Positions 12,680 through 27,206 are shown, counted from the first letter of the stretch. The stretch is 64,000 bases of DNA from Raja brachyura (GCA_963514005.1 OY740804.1:32612001-32676000); one strand, 5' to 3'. Translations and numbers: made by a program. The notes: a model not told the origin generated them from the sequence alone.

Positions 12680-12955
12680 ACAATGCCCAAGACCCTGATT
12701 TGATCCTGACCCCGAGTGCTGTCTATGAGAAGTTTGCACGTTCTCCGTGACTGCATGGGCGTCCTTCAGGTGCTCCAATCTCCTTCCGCATCCGAAATGC
12801 ATGCGGGTTTATTGGTTAATTAGCCTCCATATAAAGTGTTGATGGAAAAGTGGGATAACGTGCTTCAGTGTGAATGGATGATTGGTGGTCAATGTGAACG
12901 CTGTGTGCCAATGGCACGCAAACATTTACATGCTGTACTTCTAAACTAATCTAAA
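12680..12955 (+). mobile_element. Old diverged HE1-type SINE
   Basis: tttgatcctgacccc...gtttgcacgttctccgtgactgcatggg...ttggttaatt...ctaaactaa resembles the SINE body and tail. Confidence 0.6.
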
Positions 12956-14787
12956 AGTGCTGGTTGTCTATCATCTCCATTCTCATTAACCTACATTGAT
13001 TCTAGGTTACGGAAAGCCTCAAATTTAAAAGCCTCAACAAAGTCATTTTGTGATTGTTTTTCTAACCTATATCTACAACTTCTTCCAGCAAAGAACGTAT
13101 CTGAAGCTCTTGATTTTCCTGACACCACTTTCATTTTGTCATTACCTTCCCCTCTCCGAATGCCTTGCTCGCTCACATCCTTTAGAAGTTTGCATAAAAC
13201 TGCATCTGCAACCACCCTTTTCCCCCTTTGGCAGTTGATTATCCTGTAGTTGTTCTGTAATGATGCAACTTGGAGCATATTGCAGAGGTGCAATATCAAT
13301 CCACATTGAGGTAGTTGTGTCCTCCATCAATTTGTGGCTAAAACACAAGGAGGGTTTATCATGTGAATTCCTGCCTCACCTGCAGCTCAGCACAGAATGT
13401 CTGAGAGGAATGTCCCGATACCGAGGAAAAAAGAAATCATTGCCATTGAGCCCAGCATTGGATTGATACCAGGTCCAGCAAGTTATTTTGTCCATCGATT
13501 TATGGTTAATTTTTTGAAACGCGACAGAAAAATCAACAGCATTAGATCAAATCTAGGCGTAAGGGTGTATTGTAATGAGAAGGTTGTGCATCTTTCACAT
13601 CAAAGTGTTGTCAATATCATTAAAAAAAACTTGGGAGAGAGGCAGTTGAAGATACATAGCTGTATAATTTTTCACAGGGAAACATTAAACTGATCAGAAT
13701 GTTCAATATGGCTGGGTGATGAAACTGCTTTACATTGATTAAAGTAATTTGTTTGATATGTCGATTTGTTTGAATTTGGCCAGTTTCACTGCATGGCAGA
13801 TACATTTCTGATATCTATTATCATGTACACAATGTAAGAAAGACATATTAGCTCTCTAAGATTAATGAGGCAGGCGTGATGACTGTGGACAACAGCCAGT
13901 TTACACATGCCATATTAAATATTGCTCTTAAACTGCATGAGGGCATATTTCATATTGGAGAAACTATTTGAAAGAGCTGCAAATAGTAACAATCCAAGGC
14001 ATGGGACAATATTTTATAATGTAGTGCCCTCTTATGTTGGCTCATGATGCAGAATTAGAGATAATATTTAATTATTAACCAAGTTGGGGGTGGCAGAAAA
14101 TATAAAAATATTATTTTGTTCCAAAGTTTATGAAGATATGTAATGGATAATTGTTTTACCTCTACCATGTCCAGAGTGGCGAGATCAACACCAGCTACAG
14201 GTTTGTGAAAATCACAGTTAAACATGCCAATTAAGGATAAAATAGATATCTTCAATTTGCTATTTTGTCAGTGAAGTTTCTCCTTTGTCTGCACTGCAGG
14301 GTCCCAGGAGCGGAAAAGACTACAAAAAGTAGTAAACATTAAGTAGTAAAAAGTAGTAAACAAAAGTAGTGAACATTAATAGACCATTATCAGCTTATTT
14401 GCACTTTATCTGTTTATTTATTCATGTGTGTATATATTTATATAATGGTATATGGACACACTGATCTGTTCAGAGTCTACACACTTCCCACAGCAATACC
14501 TTTACATCTGGAGAACTCAAGCAACTGCTGTACCTAGACACATTCAATGAGATAACAACTTTCACGTGTATGCTCTCGACACCTTCCCCCAACTCAGAGT
14601 GAGTGGACTCATTGCTTTCCTCTCACTGATTTGTCAGACTGCTTTCTGACATCCAGCAATGGGGCCAATCTCCCACAGCTTCAATGAGGAAGGTGAAAAC
14701 AATTGTCTTACGAAACTTCTGCCTGCTGATGATCCCGCTGCATGTACAGAAGCGGCCCAATTTAACCTTCTTATCCTGTCAACAATG

Positions 14788-14924
14788 GTATGAAACTGCA
14801 TTTGAATTTGGTGGCCATGCACCCTGCATGAAATGATATGAAACTTCATTTGAATTTGGTGGCCATGCACCCTGCATGAAATTATATGAAACTGCATTTG
14901 AATTTGGTGGCCTTGCACCCTGCT
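14788..14924. repeat. 48-bp tandem repeat, about 2.8 copies
   Basis: tgaaactgcatttgaatttggtggccatgcaccctgcatgaaatgata starts at 14791, 14839 and 14887. Confidence 0.9.
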
Positions 14925-14929
14925 TGGCC

Positions 14930-15500
14930 ACCATAATTAGGTTTCCATACATCCATTAAAAAAAAAGACACAACACACTATAGAATCTAACATGAACGTT
15001 CCCCCACAGCAGAATCAAAATTTTCCACTGTGAGAAAAGGCACTAAAAAGTTCAGTCCTCTTCCTCTGTGATCACCCGAGGTCAGGCCCATTCGGGGCCT
15101 GTGCAGTGGCCACAACAGCGGCCCGATGTTTCAGGCCCTCTCGCCAGATGATGGAGCTCCGGCGCAGGGAGAACACTCTCAGCGGTTTGGAGTGTCTGTA
15201 GCTTACCACACGGCGACCCGGGTAAGGCATCGCCCGCACCATGATGGTGCTTCAGCGCTATGCCGCCACCGGAGCTGAAGTTCTGGCCGGTCCTCGCAGG
15301 AAACGCCGCTCCAGTCCTGATGGTAGGCCGCGAGGAAGGGGCGAGGATGCGGCTCGGAGGGTAGCCGCCTCTTCCAGCAGGTAGGGGACTAAGAAATAAA
15401 GTTTCCCCCTTACCACCCCCTCCAACATAAAAGAACTAGAAGACCTCCAACAAAACATTTTTAACAGTACTAAAAATAAAAAAAAGAATGAAAGGACGGA
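14930..15500. mobile_element. CpG-rich interspersed repeat, unclassified
   Basis: A sharply bounded GC/CpG-rich block with an A-rich end, in AT-rich surroundings, with no credible ORF. Family not determined. Confidence 0.45.
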
Positions 15501-18500
15501 CATATAGTTATGTATCTTTTTGTATGACTGGTAAATCAAATTTCACTGTACCTGGGTACACATGACAATAAAGGACCTTTGTACCATTGATAAGATCATG
15601 TGATAGGAGCAGAATTAGGCCATTCGGCCCATGGCTGATCTATCTCTTCCTCCTAACCCCATTCTGCCTTCTCCCCATAACCGCTGACACCCATATTAAT
15701 CAAGAATCTATCTCTGCTTTAAATATATCCACTGACTAGACCTCTACAGCCATCCGTGGCAAAGAATTCCACCAATTCACCACCCTCTGACTATAGAAAT
15801 TCCTCCCCATCTCCTGAGGCTATGACCACGAATCCAAGAGAACTTTCTGTCAATCAAAGAACTTTGTCTCTCCTTCCATCCAGCAGTCCCATGTTGATGA
15901 AAGAACAGAATCTTTACAAATCTCCCAGAAAAGACTTGAAGACTCCCAGGAAATCCAGGTGTTTCTATGCCCTGCACTGCAGCTCTAGAACTTAGGTGAG
16001 CAGTTAATACACTTCATGTCAGGGTTCCTGTGAGCTGCTGCTTTGTGCATTGCTTTACTGAGTACAATCTGTATAAATCAAAAGCACTGCAATGGGAGTC
16101 TTGCCAGTCACGTGGGACGATAGCGCATAGCGGTATCTGAGTGCTGTAGGGAAGATACTGATGGAGTGGAAACAATGTCACAGATGTGTCTATTGGGTGT
16201 TGATATTTATAAATCACTCTCATAAAGCTGAAAAGAAGTGACTCGTTATAAAAAGACACACAATTCAGCTCCAGTTTGAATAAATGTACAAAATTAACCA
16301 TTGTGTAATAGCTGGCAGTTCTCATAGACACATTATTTAAGTGTGTAATATACGCCCAAAATATGAGCCTTGAAATTCCTTAGCATAATCCCAAACCATG
16401 CTGTTAGTTGAAAAATCAGTTTAACCTGTATTAGAATAGTTTGCTAATTACTAGGTGCCTTAGTCTCCAGATGCTTGGAGAGTTTATACTTAGTGCTATC
16501 CCCTTTATTCAATCAAAACACTCAGCTATATAACATTAACAGTAATGCAACATCCAGCATTCATGTTCAGTTTCACAGATGTGAAATACAGCTCTTTACT
16601 CACAAACAATCAGATTGTACTAATATGATTTCCCATGAAACTGTGCTATATCAACTCAAACTGAATTTGTTGTCCTCATCGAGTCCATACTTTTCCTCGA
16701 GTCCATGTGAGTAGGCAGAAGGATCTGTCTGCACTAGTCTTCCCAAACGTGCAGGTATGAATAAATTATATTCATATATTAATCCTCACAGAGGACATCT
16801 TGGCCACACCGGGTGTTGTCTTAGAAGGACTGAAGCCCCTTACTACAAGATGTTTCCTGCAGATACCCTTTCACCAACCTGTCCAGGTCCTCCAGGATAA
16901 CTCTCCAACGCTACTCCCACCTTTGCAGCATCCATTAACTGAGCAACTGGATGTTTACTGCTTAAACGAGGGTGTGGTTTAACTGACAGAATTGAATGCA
17001 GCTGCATGGCTAAGTTCTGGCAGCTGTGAGAATTTGGAATGGTCCAAGAGTATGCATGTTTGAAATTGACAATATGCAGCATCACATGGCGAATACAACA
17101 TTCTTTGGTGAACATTGCAATGAACCCCATGATTTTTATGCAACCATCGCACACTTAGAAAAATCCCAACTGGCGTCTTTTCATTAAAAGATTGTAAAGT
17201 AATTTCTAGGCCATTATTAATCACTGATATGGCTCAGTTCTGATTTTGTTTGTTTCCAGTTGAGATGCTGTATTTGACTGACTGGTTTGTGTTTATCCCG
17301 GTGTGTCAATTGTCTTGCAAAACAAAGCCCAATTCAAGAATTGAATAGGTTAGCAGGATCTGCTAGACCAAGTTATCTTAATCTCAAGGGCAATCACTTT
17401 CACATCACCTCTGAAATTCAGCTCGTTTGTTCACATTTACACCATGGAGTAAGGTGGTCTGGAAAGTTTGTAGTGGAACAAAACCCCACCTTTAATACGC
17501 AAGTTATTGGTTAGAGGCACAATTTTACCATTATCCTTCATTCTGCTGATGATTGACCGTAAACTAATGATAATTGGTCAGATTGGATTTGTTCTTGTGT
17601 GCAGGGCCCATCAGGGAAATCATTATATGGATGCCAATGTTCCAGCTGTACTGAAGGTGCAGCTAGCTCAAATACAACCCCTTAACCCACAGTGGAGATT
17701 GTGTCAAGTCCCTTAGGCTTTGTTATATCCAATTCAATATCTGTTCCTTGCCCAACAGTGGTTGTTGCTTCACTTCTATTCCCTCAGGTTTGAAATTCCT
17801 TCTGACAATCTGTCTCACATCCTTAAAATGTATCTTTAGCCCCCACAATGTTCTTGATAAGTGCAGGTGTCAGGAATTAGGGGGAGAAGACAGGAGAATG
17901 GGGTTGAGAGGGAAAGATTAGTCAGCCACGATTGAATGGTGGAGTAGACTTGATGGACCAAATGGCTTCAATCTGCTCCTCTCACTTATGAACAATATGT
18001 ATCGATGTCATGTAATTCTTGTCTAACTATTTTGTTTGAAAAATAATCTTGTTCTCAGCGAAAAATGAATTAGAAATGCAGTTATTGTTCAGTTCCTATT
18101 TTTGCAAATGATGCATATGTGAAATAGAGAAGCTACAACATTAATGTCACATAATTAGCTATTATTTTCAGAAGAGTTTAGTGCCGCCGCACCACCAAGC
18201 CTTTATTAGACCTGGTGTAAATGGTGCTCTAATCACTCCATCGTATCCTTGCATTCAACTCTCTCCTCAGTACATCTACCACTGCTAATGGCAATAATTG
18301 TCTTCCTCAACCTGTTGTCGATTCTGTGGACACTGACAGCCAATCAACTACCATAATTCTCCTCCTTATCTACTTCCAGAATATCTGTTTACTTGTAAGC
18401 AAAGGTCTTGTTATAAGATTATTCTGGATGATTGTATTCACACAATTGCAATGAAAGCTGTGCAATGGACGGCATATCTTGAAACCTTTGGTTTCAAAGA

Positions 18501-18999
18501 CATCTCTGGCCTACATCATAATTAACCCACCCCTTTGACTGCCTGTATCACGAGCAGTTTCTTTCTCTCAGCATTCCCCCTTGTTCTATACCCTTCATGC
18601 CCCTCATTAAAAACCCTAATTTTCTACCATCCACCCAAGTATTACATTTCTCATCTTCGCTATTTTCCTGCATCAGAACAAGGAATCTCATCCATAATTA
18701 TTTTAATCTTCATCTCAATTCATGCTCGTTCTCAACCTCATAGCCCCAGTGCACCATTAGACCCTCCTCCAAGGAGACTCTAAACCATGTTCTCAGCCAC
18801 TTCTTTGATCTTTGATGTAACTTGTTTCCCGATTACCAACAACATAAACAATCTTTAAAGACCCCCCACTCCTTTTTTGCCCTCTGTATTTTGCCATAAA
18901 GTCTCACTCAGGTGAATATGCCTGTGTTGTCAAAATCTCAACTGTTAGCCCTTGACCCTCCAATTCATTAGCTTCTGCTTTGCTGTTGTTGTAATCGAG

Positions 19000-19430
19000 T
19001 CCTAGACCCATACACCACAAAAATAGGTCCTTTGGCCCAACATGCCCAATGCCTATCACAATGCCCCATGTATGCTAGTCCTAGCTGTCCACATTTGGCC
19101 TGTAAGTCTCTAAATTTTTCCTCCACAAACCTGCCCAATAGTCTTTCATATGTTGTTATAAACTGCCTGCCTCAACTACCTTCCCTGGCAGCTTGTTCCA
19201 TACACTACCTCCACTGGCAGCTTGTTCCATATACCCACCACCCTCTGTATGAAAAAGATGCTCCTCGGGTTCCTATTGATTCTTTCCCTTCTGACCTTAA
19301 GCCTGTGTCCTCTAGTTGTGGATTCATCCACTCTTGGTAAATTACTGTTTGCATTCACCCAATCTATTTCCCCCATGATCCTAGCCGCCTATTTAAGATC
19401 ACCTCTCATCTCCTGTGCCCCAAGGAATAA
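19000..19430 (-). mobile_element. CR1 LINE 3' end
   Basis: ORF 19176..19376 has TRGHRLKVR...FFIQRVVGIWNKLPVEVV. Confidence 0.8.
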
Positions 19431-21189
19431 AGTTAATGTTGGGTATTGATTTATGCCATTCAAATTTACTAGGAATTCCCCGAACGATTGCAAGCTCCCT
19501 GCCCTCGTCTTGTGCCTCTTCCTAATCTTGGACCGTTTGCTTTGATGTATCCTTGGGATCTATCCCATGGCTCCTCACATTTCTCATCTACCTGGGTCTT
19601 TTGCCAGAAAGTTCATTATCTCATTAACATTCATCCAGCAGGCAAGAGGATAATGTGGCTTGGATGGAGCATAAGATATGCATTAACATTTTCACAGCAG
19701 TAAGGGCTGTCTTCCAAATCACAAAAAGTTGTACACAAAATGCCAGACTACATGCAAATAGCAATAATGAGCTCACCAATTTCTAAATATTGATTGTAAG
19801 ATTGCTATTCACATGCCATTTGGCATACTTAATTTCAATTTCCTTTTTAAATTCAGAGAGGAAAAATGAACTGTGTAATGGCAGCAGATCATGGGAGCAG
19901 GACAGTCTCAGGATATGAACACGCCATGCAGCAATCACCGTAGAACCTGGCCAATCTGTGCATCTGACCTGAAGACACAGTAATTTCAAGCGATCATGGC
20001 AGTACTGCCTGCACGTGAGCCAGGCCACCCAGATGGGTGTTATCTACACTAGTTTGGTCTAATGGGCCAATGGCTGGACTAGAGTTTAATTACAAGCAAC
20101 TCCTTATGTGACATTTTCTCCTGCTGAAATCCTCCTGATCTCCTGTTTTTCAGCGGTATTCAAATTTAAATTGATATACATGTTGTATTCACACGATGCT
20201 GAAAGATTTTAAACTTGCATGAGCAAAGGAAGAAGTAATGTTCAGAGATTATCCAAAACCGAAGGAAATCTAATGGTCATGGAGAACCTGGCTGTGTCCA
20301 TCATTTAAATTATTCAACAATTTAGATATTAAAAAATTCCAAATAAGCAGCGTCATTACAACCGATGAAGAAGTTTGTGCTGAAATTAAGAATGCTTGAG
20401 GAAAAAGTCTTACAATGAACATATTAAGGCATTTTATATTTCAATTGACTTCAATTAATTCAAAAGTTTAGGAATGGAATCGGGATCATTAAGATCTTAA
20501 AACCCAGGGAAATGTATTCCATGAAAGGCAAAGCTTTTTGGAAAACTGAGTTTTGGAATCCCATTTTACTCACTGATCTAAGTGAATTGGAAGATAAATT
20601 CCAATGAGAACATCAATATTGAGTCAGTTTCGTAGCTTATTTTTGTGTTAGAGTCCCGTTGCACTTATTATGTTGCTGCATTCAAATCTCCAATTAAATA
20701 TTTAGCAAAATTAAAGCAGGAAGATGAACCATATTTTTGTGCGGTCATCAATAATTTTTAACAAGTACGATTCTGTAACTCCTTCTTCAATTAAAACAGT
20801 ACAACATAATGATAGCAAACCATTACTCTCCATTTAGCTGCAGGTTACACGTCAAACTGATTTTTGCAAGCAGAAAGACAAAATACAAAGGCCATAACCT
20901 TTGATCTGTGGATTTCTCAAATAACATAAATGATGGATATAGGCCAAATTCCTATTCTCAGAAATGTTAATAAATATAGCGGTTGAGATTGCAATTGCAA
21001 AATGAGGCATTACTTCTCCTCATTGCTTTGCAAACTTTTGATCCTCTTTTGATGTTAAGTGCAGGCTGTGTCAGACTTCTATTCCTCAAAAGATGCAGCA
21101 TAGAACTCAAAGAATGTACGTTCCACGGTGGAGCATTTGCTGCATCTTAACCTTTCTACCTTAATCTCTGCACACTAGGAAGCAAGATC

Positions 21190-22035
21190 TACCTCAACCA
21201 TATCCTGGAGGAAAGGCCACCATACTTCGGGAGATCGATTGGCTGATTGAATGGTGCCAGAATAACCACCTTGCTTTCAATATCAGTAAACCTAAGGAAC
21301 TGATTGTTGACTTTAGAAGAGGAAGGCTAAGGATTCACAAACCTGTCTTCATCAATAGGTGGTGGTGGTGGTGAGAGTCAATGACTACAAGTTGCTAGGC
21401 ATGAATATCTCTGAAGATCTGTCCTGCACCCAGCACATAGATTAAATCATAAAGCCCATCTACACCTCTACTTCCTTAAACGTTTGTGGAGATTCAGTAT
21501 GTCAAGGAATACTCTCTTGATGTTTCTTCTGGTGTACAGTGGAGAGCATATTGGCTGGTTGCGTCTTGGCCTGGTACAGCAACTCAATCACTCAGAAATT
21601 AAGATTACAAAAAGCGGTGAACACTCGCAATCCATCACAGGTACTGGCCTCCCCACTATCGAAAGGAGCAAAAGTGACCAATTTTCAAAAAGGCAGCCCT
21701 CATCAAGAATCCACACCACCCAGGCTACGCTCTAATTTCACTCCTGCCATTGGGAGGAAAGTATAGGAAGTCCAGGGTCAGGAACAGCATCTTCCCAACA
21801 ACCATAGACTGAACACAACAAATGCCAACTAAACTCCAAACTGCCATGGTTGCACTAGGGACTTTGTTTTGTTTTGCACTATATTGTTTTTTTTTTAATT
21901 TATTGAACTTTATTTTTTGATTGTTTATTATATTATCTATTTAGCACTATGTTTACAAACCTGTTGTGCTGCCGCTGCAAGTAAGAACTTCATTGTTCCA
22001 TTTTGGCTCGTATGACAAAAAACACTCTTGACTTG
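21190..22035 (+). mobile_element. Rex1/Babar-type LINE 3' fragment
   Basis: Degenerate translation WCQNNHLAFNISKPKELIVDFRR...LLGMNISEDLS...LYFLKRL..F, the TKELIVDFR motif of Rex1/Babar. The T-rich 3' UTR is also present at about 60590-60960 and 48690-48900. Confidence 0.82.
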
Positions 22036-22344
22036 ACACTCTTCCACACCACATCAGAGCATAGGATTGCTGTAATATTTAAGCTGGCCAAGCTGAAGTA
22101 AAACATTTGAGAACCAAGGGGTTCATCATAAGATGTGGGCTGGAAATGGCTGCCTAAAACTCATGGAGGCTCAGATTTACTGGTGAAATATTATAGGAAA
22201 ACTACGTGACAGCATTTAAACTTGGTGTGGCTTTTGTAATGAAGAAACAAATCTGAACTTCAAATAACACAGTGATGCAAATAAACGCAGACTAAAAGCA
22301 TTTGGTGCTGTTAAGCTCAACGCTTTGGAATGATTGGCACAAAA

Positions 22345-24704
22345 CAGTTAATCAGGATCTGTTTATTCATTGATATCCAATTGTACAAATAAGGGCAAAA
22401 AAATTAACAAAAACAGACTGGAAGCCCATGTAAATTTACAAACTTGTTTTGTTATGAGGTCAGTCTATTTTTTTGCACAATAATCCTAGTGTTTGGTACC
22501 ATGATGTGTCCAGTTGTAACATTTGCTCATGAATCTACATTTATGTACATAGAAATATATGTCTTTCAAGTACTGCATACAGAACTAGAAAATTAATAAA
22601 CATCCATCAATACATATAGATCCAATGCTAACCATCAGAAATGTCTACAAATTCAGAACAAGATATACACTAGTAAGCCCTGCTTAGTGTCTACACAGCA
22701 TTCACAGCCCTTGACCAAGTACAAATAAATCTTAAAACAATTTTACAATAGTAAAACAATAATCAAATTGAGACTCAAATTAGTGAAGCAGCTGTTTTTC
22801 CCTTGCCCATTAGTGCACTTTTACTGAGATTATTACTGTTAATCAAAACAATCAAGACATCATGGAGAATATCAATTAAAAATCTCGACAAAAGAGGTTA
22901 TCTGTTCATTATTAATCAATGGGTTTTGACCAAAAACCCTCGTTATTTTTGCAGCCAAGTTTGGTTAAAAATACTGTTGCTTAGACATTTGTACATAATT
23001 TGAATACTTAAAAAACCTCTTCACTGGCCTACCTTTTGAATCAAAAGCCATTTCATGGCATTCTGACCTGCTAAGCATGAATTAGTTTGCTATTGGAATT
23101 ATCCAACAATGCTGATGTTACATTTGTTGAATCTTTCAGTACTCCCTGCTGATTGCAATCCAGTGTTGCCTGCTGCCCAAATTCACTTATTATTGGCACT
23201 GCTTGCATCTTGACATGACCAAAATATGGTGCTGTACAGAATGCTGGAATGTTCCATCATTGCAGAAGCAATGATCACAGAAGCAAACATTTCCCCATCT
23301 TATCTATAATTTTGGCCTTTGTAGTTTTCATATAATGGAAAATATGTCACAAAGAATCCCAATTCTTTTTTAAAAATAACAACAGTTCATAGGTGGAAAT
23401 GGGAATTAACCCAAAGATAATTAAAGTTCAATTTAAATACAAATTTGTAACTGTTGAAGAAGCTCAGGAAGGGGGCTTGTAAATTTACTAATAATTATTT
23501 TTCTACATAATTATGCTTAACAGGATTTAGTCAATATACCTAATGAATTACATAAAAAACTGTAATTATCTGGATTTCATCCTTTTGTGCTCCATCATAA
23601 CTCAAAATAATATTGATAATGTGTAAGTTCTGCAATCATGCTTTTATATATTTCACCCTCCTTACTGTAGCAGTCCCGTAAAAATGAAAGAGATATGACA
23701 GCTTTTCATATGCCAAGAATCTCAACTCCATTGTTTCCTTTAAAATTCATGACGTGACATTTTCAAACACATTGAACTCCAAGAACCAAACATAAAAATG
23801 GGGTTTCTTAAAACATGTAAATTAATATTGCATAGGCTGATAAGGATTCCATTTTGCTGTAGGACAGAAGATCTGCGTGAAATCCTTTCCAGTAAATTCA
23901 AAGCATGTCGATATTTCCTGGCATCTTTCTGCTTCATTCAAGTGCAGGTTCATGGTTTAAAATACAACAAATCGACTGAAGCAAAATCCACCATACTTTC
24001 ACACACTTAATATTTTGATCAAACAACTTCCATCTGTGAATGAGGTTAATGATGCTAGCAGGTCAGATATGATTTGGGAGTATGGCAAAGTATTTGAGGT
24101 GCCTGCCACTGAAACGATGGATTATTTTACAGAATACAAGTTCAGAAAGAAGGTAATGCTCTTTAATATGCTACAATTGCTTTGGGTTAGAACTGAGGAA
24201 TCCAGTGAATTTAATCGGATTTGCATTCTGCGATGGGGAAGGGTTGAAGAAAATAATGGACAATAAAAAAAATGATTTAATGAAAATATATTCAACGTAA
24301 AAAACAAAATCATGTTTCTCACAGTTTATGTAGTAAGGCGCTGGGGACAATACACATCTCCACTTGCTGGAGAATAAAATAAACCAGCTCAAACCATATT
24401 GAAGATGATTGCTCCACTGATCTTTATCACAAAGGGCAAGTTTGTGTTGTTTGCAATAAATCTTCTTTGGTTAAATGACTAAATCTCTTGAAGGCATTGA
24501 AGCACTTGTTAGGGAAGTTCTATCATTGCATTTCCTATGTTGTGCTATTATAAAGAATGTTTGAAGCCACTGCCGCACAGGTCAACTTCAGTTTCATGTT
24601 CTGTCGGATGTGCGCTGTTGCTTCTCAGATGGTTTCAGGATTCCTTCAAGATGATCTGTCACCCATTGCCACATTTCCAGTAAACATACACTCACCCCAG
24701 GGTT
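22345..24704 (-). other. ANKS1A: Probable long 3' UTR of the distal ANKS1A terminal exon
   Basis: AT-rich stretch with no recognisable transposon, in an otherwise repeat-dense window. It starts at the distal stop and ends near an AATAAA. The 3' end is approximate. Confidence 0.55.
22362..22367 (-). terminator. Candidate polyadenylation signal AATAAA
   Basis: Minus strand reads ...atttgtacaattggatatcaatgAATAAAcagatcctgattaactgttttgtg: an upstream UGUA element and a downstream GU-rich element flank the hexamer. Confidence 0.55.
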
Positions 24705-24708
24705 TCAG
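24705..24708 (-). CDS. ANKS1A: Coding start of a distal alternative ANKS1A exon (C TGA), completing ...IST-N-stop when spliced from the donor at 34807
   Basis: Strong acceptor gtttttttctttttgttttaactccatgtag|CTGA. ACA AA + C TGA gives T-N-stop, matching the ...STN* end I recall for human ANKS1A. Confidence 0.7.
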
Positions 24709-26616
24709 CTACATGGAGTTAAAACAAAAAGAAAAAAACACGTCGGTGATGTTAAACGTAAATTGTGATTGAATTTGGATGTTTCACACAATACAATGAC
24801 TTACACGAAGGAAGGCTACAAATAAACATGTATGAATCTTGATTATTTTATGTGTTTTAAAACAATTATTCTGGAACATTTTTTAACGACCGGTAATGTG
24901 CGTTACAGATTACAAAGACAAATTGAAAGAATAAATGGAAATGGAATGTTTTTAGGCTTTCAAAAAGGGTGCAGAAATAAATAAATCTGATTTAGCTAAT
25001 CTAAATCGCCAAATGGATACTATTGCAATAGGCAATAGGCACAAGCAAATTTAACTACAACATCCTGTAAATTGGATTTGCCCAAGAAAAGTAATTCCAT
25101 TACTGAAGGCATATTGTATCACAAAGTTCCATTCATACTGGAGAGCATAATAATGCTCTGCAATAAAACATCAATATTTAATACCAACTATAAGATGATA
25201 TGTGATGGCTTTGATCGGTTATCTTAAAAGTGTTTTACCTTTTAAAATGGAAAGACAGGCAATAATTTTAGAAAGAAAGGAACAGTGTACACTGTTCAGT
25301 ATGCTAACACCTGCCAGAGATACGATGACTTGATGTCACCAGATATTTTATCTGATAGGGACCCTCTCTTGGGGGGGGGGGGAGACCATGAGCAGGCACA
25401 GAAATGTTAAGGCTTTTCATCAAATTAGAATTAAAAATAAATTCCAAAATATATTAAACCAAGAATTCAGAATTCAATTTAAGTCATACACAAAAAATGA
25501 ATGCAGGATAAAGTGTATTAACAAAAATTAAAAACATCTTCAAGGTTAATGAACTTCTGAAATGAAGGAATTCTGCATTTGTAAAATTCAATTTTCATCA
25601 CCAAAGAGATTGCAGAAGCTTGAGAGTAAGCATGGTTGACATTACAAATTCACCTTTGCCTGAATGCACCAGCTTGAATTTCTGTCATGTGTAACTTTGC
25701 TGCTTAATGCGGATTTTAATTCTAAATTAATTGGAGAGGTCAAGTAGAGTAGAGTAAAGCAGCTTCATTTGCCTCATTGTTATTCATATTCAAACATTAC
25801 TCCAGATGTTGCAATGAAAGTTGAAAAAATGTATTCAGGGGAAAAATCATCACCAGACCTTCATCTGGTTGAATGAACAGGTGATAGAGATCTGATGGTT
25901 TTCTGGCCATGTGTGAGTTGGTCTACGTGAGACTATATATGGCATTGGCAGAGATTCAGACACTGGATGAAAAGGAAAAACATGGGCTTTATCAACATCA
26001 TTAGAAATGTTGCCATACATTTCTGAGAACTAATGGCTCAAACCATTAACTTTTATTCACTGATTACTTATATAGAGAGCAGATTGATTAACATGTTATT
26101 ACAGAGAGGAAAAACTAACAACAATGGACTTCCTAATCTCCACAGATGAGGTTATCATATACGTGCGACAATAATCATATCCCTAAAACATGGAGCCAAT
26201 TTATTCACTGAACGATCCCTTAAGAAATCATTACCAGGAAAGGCTAAGAACCGAAGCTTGGGATTGGGGCACAAAGTAAAAAAAAAAAATCTAATATGAA
26301 AATATTGAAGGTTGTACAGAACCAAGACAGGCAAGCACTGAAATTAGATGTATTCACTCAAATTGTCTATAATTTGAATAATTATAGTCACATCGAATTA
26401 TTGTCTTTGCCATGTCACATAATGCCAACAGAAATGACCAAACGCAATGACAAGAATCTGCTCCCATTTTCTTTTTTCCCCTAAAGGTTTTTCTTTTTGA
26501 GTGCGCCTCAATGGTTAGGTTGAATATGTGAATATTAGGTTCAATATGTAAACCAAAAACTCAGTTGACCACATGTTATGGAACTGGTTCAAACTATGGT
26601 AATGCCTCAATCTTTA

Positions 26617-27206
26617 AGGGCCTGTCCTACAAGCATGCAACTCTATGCGATGAACGCGATCAAACTAGAAGCGGGGGCCGCGCGGAGGTCGGGTGATCCC
26701 TGTACAGGGCCGTTCCCACCAGCATGCGCCTGCACGCGGCAAGCGCAACCAAACCGGCAGTAGGGGCTGCGCGGAGGTCGGGTGAGTGGCGCAACGCGGC
26801 GCAAAGTGAGGCGAACTTGGAGCGAAGTCTAAGGTAAGTTCGCCAGGACAGAGAGGGGCACACAGTGAGGGGCACAGAGGCACACACACACACACACACA
26901 CACAGAGGGCCACAGAGCCACACGCATAGAGGGTCACGGAGGCACCTACAGATAGGTTCACGGAGGCACGATGTCGGGGCGGTATGTAATGCGTCGAGGC
27001 GACTGCGAGCCGACAAGCCGTTGCCGCGCGGAATTTTTGGACATAGTCAATTTTTCGGAGCCCCGAGCGGTGTCGGGACGAACTCCGCACAATTCCGCAC
27101 GGCTCCGGCGATCGAAGTGGGACCGGCCCCGCGACGCCGGACGGCTCAAGCGACCTCGTCAGGTCGCGCTAATCGCATAGAGTTGCATGCTGGTGGGACA
27201 GGCCCT
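26617..27206. mobile_element. PIF/Harbinger-type MITE, copy 2 of the same family
   Basis: TIRs AGGGCCTGTCC.../...GGGACAGGCCCT with a perfect TTA target-site duplication (26614-26616 and 27207-27209). Has an internal (CA)n tract and an internal partial TIR copy. Confidence 0.92.

Noticed and set aside
13380-13400. 21-nt minus-strand micro-exon-like signal (ttcctctcag...CTGCAG|gtgagg)
   Set aside because: No partner exons or homology; such signals occur by chance.
4500-22000. A neighbouring gene such as TCP11, which follows ANKS1A in human
   Set aside because: No exon with recognisable protein similarity found on either strand.
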